Origin: Verrucomicrobiota bacterium
GTDB lineage: Bacteria; Verrucomicrobiota; Verrucomicrobiia; Chthoniobacterales; UBA6821
Length of the DNA stretch: 32,000 nt
Assembly (NCBI GenBank): GCA_008932965.1
Contig: WBXG01000011.1
Coordinates: 3,877-35,876, forward strand
Direction: 5' to 3'
The stretch's first letter is position 1, and every line of letters starts with the position of its first letter. The translations under genes were made by a program, and so were the position numbers. Below the pieces are notes generated by a model, which saw only the letters and a list, made by a program, of their open reading frames with translations, did not search any database and had not been told where the DNA came from. Below, one piece after another: positions 8,561 to 16,198 of this stretch.

Positions 8561-9436
8561 AGGTTGTACCTCCTCTAGCAAAAGAGCTCCCTCTTTGCAG
8601 CAAAGAAGAATCTCTTGTTCCTCCGAGAGAAAAAAGGAGCCAGGTTGAGACTCCTTATTATGGGAGGGTCTCACTAGTGCAGAGAAAATTTTGAGCGCAC
8701 TTTTTTTTCCAGAAGGAAGGGTGACTACTCCATGGGCCCCTGGCTTTGGGTTCATGGCACGTATAAGGCGCTCTACTGCAATAGCAGAAGAGGACCAATC
8801 CAGAGCGGCATCCTCATAGTGGATGCGATGGGTGATGCTCCTTTCATTTTCAGTCTGAGGAAAACGAGGAGCAGATCCCTTTTTCAATAAATCCAATGCT
8901 TCTAAAAGAGCTATGGGAGAGAGCTCAGCAAGATGCTCACTCAACGTCCCAGAAGTTTCACGAGAAGTGATTGGGATTTTTTTTGTTAATAAAATATCTC
9001 CCGTATCTAAACCCTCATCCATGTACATAATTGTAATGCCACTATGAGTATCTCCAGCAATAATTGCCGATTGAATCGGGGAGGCACCACGATGTCGTGG
9101 CAAAAGAGAAGCATGAATGTTCAAGCAAGCATGAGTCGGTAACGTTAGAATCTCAGGGGGGACAATTTTACCATACGACATGGTTACGATCACATCGGGA
9201 TGTAAGGCTTGCAGGGAGTTAATAGCCTCAGCACTGCGTAGATTTTCTGGTTGAAGAATGGGTGCACCTGGGGCAATTTTTAAAAAGGATTCTTTGAGTG
9301 CAGGCGGTTTGAGCTCTTGATGACGTCCTACTAGCCTATCAGGCTGCGTTAATAAACCGATAAGTTCATAGTGAAGTGCAACGGCTCTCATTGCTTGTTC
9401 TCCAATACTACTCGTGCCAGCAAAAAGAATACGCAT
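8489..9436 (-). CDS. fmt: Methionyl-tRNA formyltransferase
   Basis: MRILFAGTS N-terminus. Formyltransferase active-site block NIHASLLPRHRGASPIQSAIIAGD. C-terminal EVQP...M.A.AF.RG domain. Confidence 0.9.
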   Translation of the reverse strand: MRILFAGTSSIGEQAMRAVALHYELIGLLTQPDRLVGRHQELKPPALKESFLKIAPGAPILQPENLRSAEAINSLQALHPDVIVTMSYGKIVPPEILTLPTHACLNIHASLLPRHRGASPIQSAIIAGDTHSGITIMYMDEGLDTGDILLTKKIPITSRETSGTLSEHLAELSPIALLEALDLLKKGSAPRFPQTENERSITHRIHYEDAALDWSSSAIAVERLIRAMNPKPGAHGVVTLPSGKKSALKIFSALVRPSHNKESQPGSFFLSEEQEILLCCKEGALLLEEVQPLSRARMSFSAFARGNGINRNVIC

Positions 9437-9468
9437 AAGGGTTCAGGTGCAACTTCTCATCTTGAGGG

Positions 9469-9681
9469 TTAGCCTGATCTTCTCATAGAGGCCATCCGTG
9501 CCATTCTTAAATCTCCTAGAGAAACTTCACGTTGACCTAGGGAGGAAGCACAGCCGGTGCAGAGGTAATCATAAATTTCTTTCTCAGGAAGAACAAGGAG
9601 CAGTCGTTCTCTCACTGGCATCGCCTTAGCACAACGCTGACAATAAAGAGAGGATGCTCGAAGATTTTCGAACTGATTCAT
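9469..9681 (-). CDS. Small zinc-ribbon-like protein (two CxxC pairs), function unknown
   Basis: 70-aa ORF packed tightly between adk (7-bp gap) and fmt (32-bp gap) on the same strand. It contains CQRC ... CTGC about 30 residues apart. Confidence 0.5.
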   Translation of the reverse strand: MNQFENLRASSLYCQRCAKAMPVRERLLLVLPEKEIYDYLCTGCASSLGQREVSLGDLRMARMASMRRSG

Positions 9682-9688
9682 GAGGCCA

Positions 9689-10273
9689 TTAGGAATTCAA
9701 GACGCCGCCTAGAATTTGGTAAAGGACTTCTACGGGAGAGAGAGAGGCATCGATATCATGCCTGGTCAAATTTTTATAATAATGAAGCATCGGCTTGGAC
9801 TCTTCTTCATAAACTAATAATCGATTTCTAATAATCTCTTCATTAGCGTCATCAAGACGATTTTCTTTGAGTGCACGGTTTTTGAGACGAGTTACTAATT
9901 TGTCACGATCTGGACACGAAAGATGAAAGATATGCTGAACATCGATATGATCTTTCATCAGCTCGGCCTGCTCCACATTTCTGGGAATACCATCGAGGAT
10001 AAGAAAATCCCGATTGGGTTTAAATTGTCCTGATTCTACCATGGTCTCGATCCATTGAGCCCAAAGCTGTACGGTAATTTCATCAGGAACTAATTTTCCT
10101 TTACTTGAGTATTTCAAAAATTCCTGACCTAGCTTGCTTTGAACATCAAGACCTCGAAACACATCTCCGCAGGCGCAATGGTAAAATCCTGGAATGGAAC
10201 CGAGCGTACGCCCCTGGGTTCCTTTGCCACTACCTGGAGCACCAAAAATAAGTAGAGTTTTAAAACGTGTCAT
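9689..10273 (-). CDS. adk: Adenylate kinase family protein (short form)
   Basis: P-loop LIFGAPGSGKGTQG. NMP-binding region (GDVFR...G.LVPDE). LILDGIPRNVEQAE. About 194 aa. Confidence 0.8.
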   Translation of the reverse strand: MTRFKTLLIFGAPGSGKGTQGRTLGSIPGFYHCACGDVFRGLDVQSKLGQEFLKYSSKGKLVPDEITVQLWAQWIETMVESGQFKPNRDFLILDGIPRNVEQAELMKDHIDVQHIFHLSCPDRDKLVTRLKNRALKENRLDDANEEIIRNRLLVYEEESKPMLHYYKNLTRHDIDASLSPVEVLYQILGGVLNS

Positions 10274-10301
10274 TATAAAGGGAATAATTTTGAGAGTTCA
10301 C

Positions 10302-10483
10302 TTCGCTCGCCTATTTCATACTGATTCTGAAACACCTTGCTAGGGCCTGATGTATACTCTTTCTGGATCGAATGCTCCTCGAGCAGTTTGCCTCACACAG
10401 TGGTTGTCAGGCTTCATCGCTCGCTTTGTCCTATCAGCATTGGCCTTCTCATCGTCACAATCAGTGCGATATATCAGGGGATA
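10302..10483. repeat. MITE-like palindromic element, 182 bp, diverged (copy C)
   Basis: Left end CTCGCCTATTTCATACTGATTC. The internal CTCCTCGAGCAGT block matches CTCCTCGGGCAGT of copy L. The right arm is CCTATCAGCATTGGCCTTCTCATCGTCACAATCAGTGCGATATATCAGGG. It starts 28 bp upstream of the adk start codon. Confidence 0.65.
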
Positions 10484-10549
10484 GATCTTAGTCATAAATA
10501 GTCGTGAAGAACACCAAAAAATGTGGTTTTGAAATCGTTTTTTATTCTG

Positions 10550-10590
10550 AATTCGCCTATTTCATCCAACGAGCCGAAGCCTCTTGCATT
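10550..10590. repeat. Solo left-end fragment of the MITE-like element
   Basis: ATTCGCCTATTTCATCC...GAAGCCTCTTGC parallels CTCGCCTATTTCATAC...GAAACACCTTGC of copy C, about 250 bp upstream. Confidence 0.35.
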
Positions 10591-10647
10591 ATCACCAAAG
10601 ACTTTTAAAATAATATCTCTATTCTAGCTTGAATTACACTAAGTACT

Positions 10648-11622
10648 ATGTTTAACAAGAAATCCCCTTCTTCTCGTCATCATCTCCCTGATTTTTCGAT
10701 TGGCCACTGGCGTCTAGATATGGTGACGTTCATCATCGGCATTCAGGGTGTCTTCATGGTTCTTACCGCCACCCTCATAAGCCTAGGTCATACTTCCTGG
10801 GTCAATGCCCTTTGCTATAATAGTGCTGGCGTTTGGCATGGACAGGTGCTGCGTCTCGTTACCTATGCCTTTGTAAATCCTCCAAGCCTTTGGTTCGCAC
10901 TAGAGATGCTCATGCTTTATTACTTTGGCCGTGAAGTAGAAAAAATCATTGGACCCCGTAGGTTTGCTACACTTTATATAGGGCTCATTCTTCTTGGTTC
11001 ATGCTTGCTACAGCTATTAAGTCTCTCAGGAGTATCAGAAAGGATGAGTGGAGCTCAGTCGGTACATTTTGCCATCTTTACTGCTTTTGTAGCAATATAC
11101 CCAGGGCTGCCATTTTTGTTTGGCATTGCAGCACGGTGGATGTTGGCTGTTTTCCTAGTCCTTTCTACACTTCAGTTTTTAGAGGGACATCAATTCGCAT
11201 CACTGGTGATTTTTTTATCAGAATCAGTGGCCGCCATCTTTTTTATGATAGTGCAAGGATATCGTGATTTACTTCCTCAAAATGGGATCTCCTTTCTCTC
11301 TCGCTATTCACACTATTTCGCTTTTTTTCGTAAGGGTTCAAAAGTTTCCTCCCCTGTTTCTCAAGGATCAGCGAGCTCTTCTTCCAACAACTCTGTTTTG
11401 GAGGCTTTCTCTACAACCACTTCATTTGTTCCAATTTTTGCAAATCAAAAACCTGCTGAGAAAACAGCACCAACGCCTCGTCCACTAGCAATCAACATTG
11501 ATGCTTTACTTGAAAAAATTAGCCAAGCGGGTATGGAAAGTCTCACTTCCAAGGAAAAAGAAGAGTTAGAAAAAGCAAGTAGTGCCCTTGTAGAGCGTGA
11601 TCGCATAGTGATTGGATCATGA
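10648..11622 (+). CDS. Rhomboid-fold membrane protein (divergent) with a soluble C-terminal tail
   Basis: About six hydrophobic helices. Rhomboid-like block LRLVTYAFVNPPSLWFALEMLMLYYFGREVEKIIGPRRFATLYIGLILLG, followed by RMSGAQSVHFAIF. It has a Ser-rich linker and a helical tail (IDALLEKISQAGMESLTSKEKEELEKA). Confidence 0.6.
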   Translation: MFNKKSPSSRHHLPDFSIGHWRLDMVTFIIGIQGVFMVLTATLISLGHTSWVNALCYNSAGVWHGQVLRLVTYAFVNPPSLWFALEMLMLYYFGREVEKIIGPRRFATLYIGLILLGSCLLQLLSLSGVSERMSGAQSVHFAIFTAFVAIYPGLPFLFGIAARWMLAVFLVLSTLQFLEGHQFASLVIFLSESVAAIFFMIVQGYRDLLPQNGISFLSRYSHYFAFFRKGSKVSSPVSQGSASSSSNNSVLEAFSTTTSFVPIFANQKPAEKTAPTPRPLAINIDALLEKISQAGMESLTSKEKEELEKASSALVERDRIVIGS

Positions 11623-11649
11623 TTGACTATCGCTGAGCTCAGATATCAC

Positions 11650-12405
11650 ATGCCACTTCCTCTCTCGATTGCGCTTATTTCCTACAATGAAGAAAAAAAT
11701 CTACGTCGCTGCCTGAGCAGCGTTGCGGATCTTGCCCGAGAGATTGTGCTCGTCGATTCAGGATCAACGGATGCAACACTCACTATTGCTAGTGAATTTG
11801 GAGCGAAAATTGCTCATCAAGAGTGGCTGGGTTATCAAGATCAAAAAAATCATGCTCTTGATTTTTGTACTCAAAAATGGGTTTTAGCACTTGATTGTGA
11901 TGAGGAACTCTCATCCGAACTAAAAAAGAGCCTGATCCAATTTTTTGAACATGGAGATTGTGATCGTTTTCATGGAGCGACCTTTCATCGATGCACTTGG
12001 TTTTTAGGTCGCTGGATTAGGCATGGGGATTGGTATCCAGACACAAAGCTGCGTCTTTTTCGTCGGGGTGATGGTGTTTGGGTGGAACCCATTCATGAAA
12101 CAGTGAGCCTCTTTGGACCAACTACCCATCTTAAGGGTGATTTACTTCACTATTCGTTTCCTTCGATGGAATCCTACATTAAAAAAATCCATCCTTTTGC
12201 TGAAGAGTTTTTTCAAAAACAAAAGAAAAAAAAATGGTCCCTTGGATCAACTATCCTACGACCCCTTTGGCGTTTCTTTCGTGCCTATGTTTTGCGTCGT
12301 GGCTTCCTAGATGGATTTCCAGGTTTGTGGATTGCAGTAGCAACCGGCTTCTCGGTGTTTGTACGCTATAGCAGAAGTTATGAAGCAGAATCAGATAGAA
12401 AATAG
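11650..12405 (+). CDS. Family 2 glycosyltransferase, LPS-core WaaE/KdtX-like
   Basis: SIALISYNEEKNLRRCLSSV...LVDSGSTDATLTIA...W.GYQDQKNHAL...WVLALDCDEELS matches the short (about 250 aa) GT2 core-glycosyltransferase pattern. An alternative TTG start at 11623 immediately follows the upstream stop codon. Confidence 0.85.
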   Translation: MPLPLSIALISYNEEKNLRRCLSSVADLAREIVLVDSGSTDATLTIASEFGAKIAHQEWLGYQDQKNHALDFCTQKWVLALDCDEELSSELKKSLIQFFEHGDCDRFHGATFHRCTWFLGRWIRHGDWYPDTKLRLFRRGDGVWVEPIHETVSLFGPTTHLKGDLLHYSFPSMESYIKKIHPFAEEFFQKQKKKKWSLGSTILRPLWRFFRAYVLRRGFLDGFPGLWIAVATGFSVFVRYSRSYEAESDRK

Positions 12406-12449
12406 TTCATCCTTTACCCATCTCATCATACTCATTAATATTTAACTCT

Positions 12450-13370
12450 ATGTCTTTACTCGTTCTTGGCTCGATTGCTCTTGATACCGTTAAAACCCCA
12501 GTGGAGGAGCGTTTAGAGCTCTTTGGTGGGACTGCTTCTTATGCAACCATCAGCGCATCTTTTTTTACTAGGTCACATCTTGTGGCTATTATAGGGGATG
12601 ATTTTCCGAAAGAATATTTAGAGGATTTCAAACAACGCAATATCGACCTTTCTGGTCTTCAAATAGTTCCAGGAAAAACATTTCGTTGGTCAGGAGAATA
12701 TTTCAACAATATGAACAATCGCAAAACACATTCAACCGATTTGAATGTCTTTGCCAATTTTACTCCAACGTTACCTAAAGCCTATCGCGAGCTTCCGTTC
12801 ATTTTATTGGCTAATATTGGTCCAGATTTACAATTACATGTCCTCGATCAGCTCCAAGCTCCTCGCTTTGTGATCGCAGATACCATGAACCTCTGGATCA
12901 ATATCGCTCGTGCTGATTTGGTAAAGCTTTGCAAACGTATTGACCTCCTCTCTATTAACGATAGTGAAGCTCGTGAGCTCACCGAGGAAAACAACTTAAT
13001 TAAAGCTGGGGCTCTTCTACGTGCGATGGGACCTCAATATGTTGTTATCAAAAAAGGGGAGCATGGCTGTTATCTTTTTGGTCCAGATCAATTTTTTAGC
13101 TGTCCTGCATATCCTCTAGAAAATATTAAAGACCCTACCGGAGCAGGCGATGCTTTTGCAGGGGGACTGGCTGGTTACTTGGCAAGCCATTCAAATGATA
13201 GTAACTCCAAGAAGCCTGTTGATTTTGAAACATTGCAACAAGCTGTTGTCTACGGAAGTATCATGGCCAGTTTTACCGTGGAATCCTTCGGTCCAGATCG
13301 CTTGCGTTCTGTAAAACAAGAAGAGATTGAAGAAAGATGGCAGGCATTCAAGAAACTGAGTGCTTTTTAG
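12450..13370 (+). CDS. PfkB-family carbohydrate/nucleoside kinase
   Basis: N-terminal LVLGSIALDTV...GGTASY and the PfkB signature 2 region DPTGAGDAFAGGLAGYL. Confidence 0.85.
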   Translation: MSLLVLGSIALDTVKTPVEERLELFGGTASYATISASFFTRSHLVAIIGDDFPKEYLEDFKQRNIDLSGLQIVPGKTFRWSGEYFNNMNNRKTHSTDLNVFANFTPTLPKAYRELPFILLANIGPDLQLHVLDQLQAPRFVIADTMNLWINIARADLVKLCKRIDLLSINDSEARELTEENNLIKAGALLRAMGPQYVVIKKGEHGCYLFGPDQFFSCPAYPLENIKDPTGAGDAFAGGLAGYLASHSNDSNSKKPVDFETLQQAVVYGSIMASFTVESFGPDRLRSVKQEEIEERWQAFKKLSAF

Positions 13371-13415
13371 AAACCTATCTCAAAAATAATGGTAGGTACC
13401 GGTTGAATCACAACT

Positions 13416-14639
13416 ATGGCTCAACGATCTCCCTCCTCTGTCCTGCTCATCAAGCTACGGCATCATGGAGATGTCCTTCTTGCTACACCGGTTGCCAGAG
13501 TGTTAAAGGCTCAGTTTCCCAATTGTCAGATCGATTTTCTCGTCTACGAAGGAACAGAGGCACTGCTAGAACACAATCCTGATCTACGTCAGGTTTGGAT
13601 CTGGCATCGAGCGGCCCGTGGGTGGAATCGTCTTAAAAAGATCCTTCATCTTTTTTTTCAACTACAGCACCAGCATTACGACTTGGTGATCCATCTTTCC
13701 GACCAGATGCAGGGGGCATTATTGGCAGCGCTTTTAAGGCCGCACCAATCTATTGGTATTGACTATCCCAAACGTCGTCATTTTTTTTGGAGCTCCTGCT
13801 TTACAACATTAGTTCCTCTGTTTCCAAGTAACACTCATCATACTGTAGAACAAAATCTAGCTACTCTAGCAGCAGTATTTCATGCTAGTCATGACACCAT
13901 AGGTGAGAGTACACACTCGTCAAGGAGGGCTTCGAGTTCAACACCCCATCAGCCTTCACAGCTTCCTCGTTACGATCAGTATGAATTATCCGGTCCAGAG
14001 ATAATTTTCAACAAGAGGTTCGTTCCCGAATCCCCCAATCACATGACGGATCCTATGTTGAGATGCCGATTGGTTATTAGCCAAGAAGACCGCTTATTTA
14101 TTCAAGAGCAGCTTCAAAAAACCTCATTTTCCACTCCCTATCTTCTCATTCATCCAACAGCACGCTGGTTTTTTAAGTGCTGGGAAGAGGAGTCCTTTGC
14201 AAAACTCATCGCCCATTTTGCCAATCAAGGCTGGTCTATTCTGTTAACCTCTGGCCCGGCCGTTGAAGAGCAAGCTATGGTTGCTACAATTTTAGAGAAA
14301 GTTCATTCCGACCGCATCTACTCACTTGCAGGTCAGTTAACATTAGGTCAGCTTGCAGCAGCAATTGAAGGAGCCACTCTTTTTATCGGTGTTGATTCTG
14401 TCCCAATGCATATGGCTGCAGCATTAGAGAAAGATGTCGTTGCTCTTTTTGGTCCAAGTAAAATCAATGAATGGCATCCTTGGATGACCCGCTATCACCT
14501 AGTGAAAGCCTCTGATTATGGTGATTTGATTGATCCAGATGATGTAAGAACAGAGACAGTAGTGCGCTATCTCTCTATGATTCCGGTGGAGGAAGTTATT
14601 TCAAAAGTTGAACAAATGTTACACCTTTCTTACTCGTAG
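13416..14639 (+). CDS. waaQ: GT9 LPS heptosyltransferase, heptosyltransferase III (WaaQ/RfaQ)-like, carrying an in-frame MITE-derived insertion
   Basis: VLLIKLRHHGDVLLATPVARVLKAQFPNCQIDFLVYEGTEALLEHNPDL is the KLRHHGD-type N-terminus of heptosyltransferase III. The C-terminal block is LFIGVDSVPMHMAAALEKDVVALFGPS. It is 407 aa, against 365 aa for the other GT9 in this window. The extra segment is encoded by 13866-13998. Confidence 0.85.
   Translation: MAQRSPSSVLLIKLRHHGDVLLATPVARVLKAQFPNCQIDFLVYEGTEALLEHNPDLRQVWIWHRAARGWNRLKKILHLFFQLQHQHYDLVIHLSDQMQGALLAALLRPHQSIGIDYPKRRHFFWSSCFTTLVPLFPSNTHHTVEQNLATLAAVFHASHDTIGESTHSSRRASSSTPHQPSQLPRYDQYELSGPEIIFNKRFVPESPNHMTDPMLRCRLVISQEDRLFIQEQLQKTSFSTPYLLIHPTARWFFKCWEEESFAKLIAHFANQGWSILLTSGPAVEEQAMVATILEKVHSDRIYSLAGQLTLGQLAAAIEGATLFIGVDSVPMHMAAALEKDVVALFGPSKINEWHPWMTRYHLVKASDYGDLIDPDDVRTETVVRYLSMIPVEEVISKVEQMLHLSYS
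13866..13998. repeat. MITE-like element copy inside the heptosyltransferase CDS (copy D), read through in frame
   Basis: CTAG-CAGCAGTATTTCATGC is the left end. GGGCTTCGAGTTCAAC is an internal block, as at 5166-5180. CCCCATCAGCCTTCACAGCTTCCTCGTTACGATCAGTATGAATTATCCGG matches the right arm of copy E (18198-18247) closely. Confidence 0.7.
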
Positions 14640-14654
14640 CGTTTCATAAATCCC

Positions 14655-15773
14655 GTGACAGATTCTCAACAACAACAGAATATTCTTTTTCTCATCGATG
14701 GACTATCAGGTGGTGGAGCTGAGCGTATCCTTCTGAACTTGGCGGCTGAAATGGTACAACAAAACCATCAGGTTACGATTATTTCCCTGCGTGACGATCA
14801 GGCTTATCCCATTCCATCTGGTGTCGATTATATTCTTCTGGAAGATCACTATCGAGGACCTTTCTGGCGCCAAACCGAAATCACACGACGTGCACGGACG
14901 TTAGATCGATTTCTTGATTCTTTTTTTCTTAATAAAAAGATCGATCTTGCTGTTTCTCATCTTCCCAAGACAGATCGTATTGTTGCTGCTTCTCGCTTTT
15001 TAAAAGAAGCCTGGATATGCCTTCATTGTGCACTTACAGCTGGAGAGCTCGAAAATAAAAAAGGATTTCAACGCTGGAGAAAACGGAAGCAACTCATCAC
15101 TACATATTCTGGCAGAAAATTGATCACTGTCTCACAAGCCTTACAGGAAGATGTGCATGCTATCGGCATTCGACCAACAGTCATGACAACTATTTACAAT
15201 CCACTCGATCTTGAGGATGTAGCTCATAAAGCTCAGGAAAAGTCGTCTTTTGAAAATGAAAAATTTCTTCTTCACGTAGGACGTTTTAATAAACAAAAAC
15301 GTCATGATCGTCTTTTTGAAGCTTTTAAATTAAGCAGCTATCCAGGAAAGCTGATTTTACTTGGCTCCGGAAGTGATCAAGAAATAAAGAGCATCCATCT
15401 GCTTGCAAAGAAATATCATATTGAAGACCGTCTTGTTTTGCCGGGATTTGTGAACAATCCTTATTCCTGCATGCGTGCCGCAGAAGCCTTAGTGCTCAGT
15501 TCCGATTATGAAGGACTGCCTAATGTCTTGGTTGAAGCACTTGCCTGTGGCACACAAGTCGTAAGTACAAATTGTCCTTTTGGACCTGCAGAAATTCTCC
15601 AAGGACCTTTATCTCAGGGGCTCTGTGATCTGACTCCGTCAGCCTTAGCAGCAGCTATGAGGCGTGTCCTGACCTCCCCTGTTCCTATTACCAAAACAAT
15701 GATTGCTCCTTTTTTGCTCCAAGAAAGCGTGCACCATTATTTAGAACTTTCCAATGATGATAAGAAAATTTGA
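14655..15773 (+). CDS. Family 1 (GT4-type) glycosyltransferase
   Basis: GTG start. ILFLIDGLSGGGAERILLNLA N-terminus. Donor-binding block SSDYEGLPNVLVEALACGTQVVSTNCPFGPAEIL. Confidence 0.85.
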   Translation: MTDSQQQQNILFLIDGLSGGGAERILLNLAAEMVQQNHQVTIISLRDDQAYPIPSGVDYILLEDHYRGPFWRQTEITRRARTLDRFLDSFFLNKKIDLAVSHLPKTDRIVAASRFLKEAWICLHCALTAGELENKKGFQRWRKRKQLITTYSGRKLITVSQALQEDVHAIGIRPTVMTTIYNPLDLEDVAHKAQEKSSFENEKFLLHVGRFNKQKRHDRLFEAFKLSSYPGKLILLGSGSDQEIKSIHLLAKKYHIEDRLVLPGFVNNPYSCMRAAEALVLSSDYEGLPNVLVEALACGTQVVSTNCPFGPAEILQGPLSQGLCDLTPSALAAAMRRVLTSPVPITKTMIAPFLLQESVHHYLELSNDDKKI

Positions 15774-16198
15774 AAAAATGATTGACTAGCCTTTTTTCGT
15801 TTTAGCATCATAGAAAAGATGTACAAACCAAGTATCCAAGAACATTTATCGCTGATATCACTGTCACTACCTTTTACAGTTATATCTTGCATGGTACTGT
15901 TCTTCTTTCATCCCTGTAAATTAAGTCACGAGCGAATGTGATTGCGTTCGACGGAACGCCATTAAAAAGAGGGATTTTATCCATTACTGGCTTCGTATTT
16001 AAACGAATCTATTAATCCCTACCGTTCAAAATTCATCTGATTAAGTCAATCAATCGTGTTGATCGTTAGTGAAATACTAATTTTCTTCCTTTCCTTTCTC
16101 ACTTGTTAGCAACGGAATGCTTGCTACCACTGACCAGGAGTCATGGTGCATTTTCATATCACAAAAAAACAATACTAATCCCTTTCAATATTAACAAA

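Noticed and set aside
15774-16198. Long ORF-free AT-rich spacer upstream of the FGE-domain gene examined for ncRNA, riboswitch or repeat content
   Set aside because: I found only a small 6-bp hairpin (GCGTTC-GACG-GAACGC, 15944-15959) without a U-tract. There is no similarity to the repeat family and no recognisable riboswitch core. Nothing there is supportable from sequence alone.
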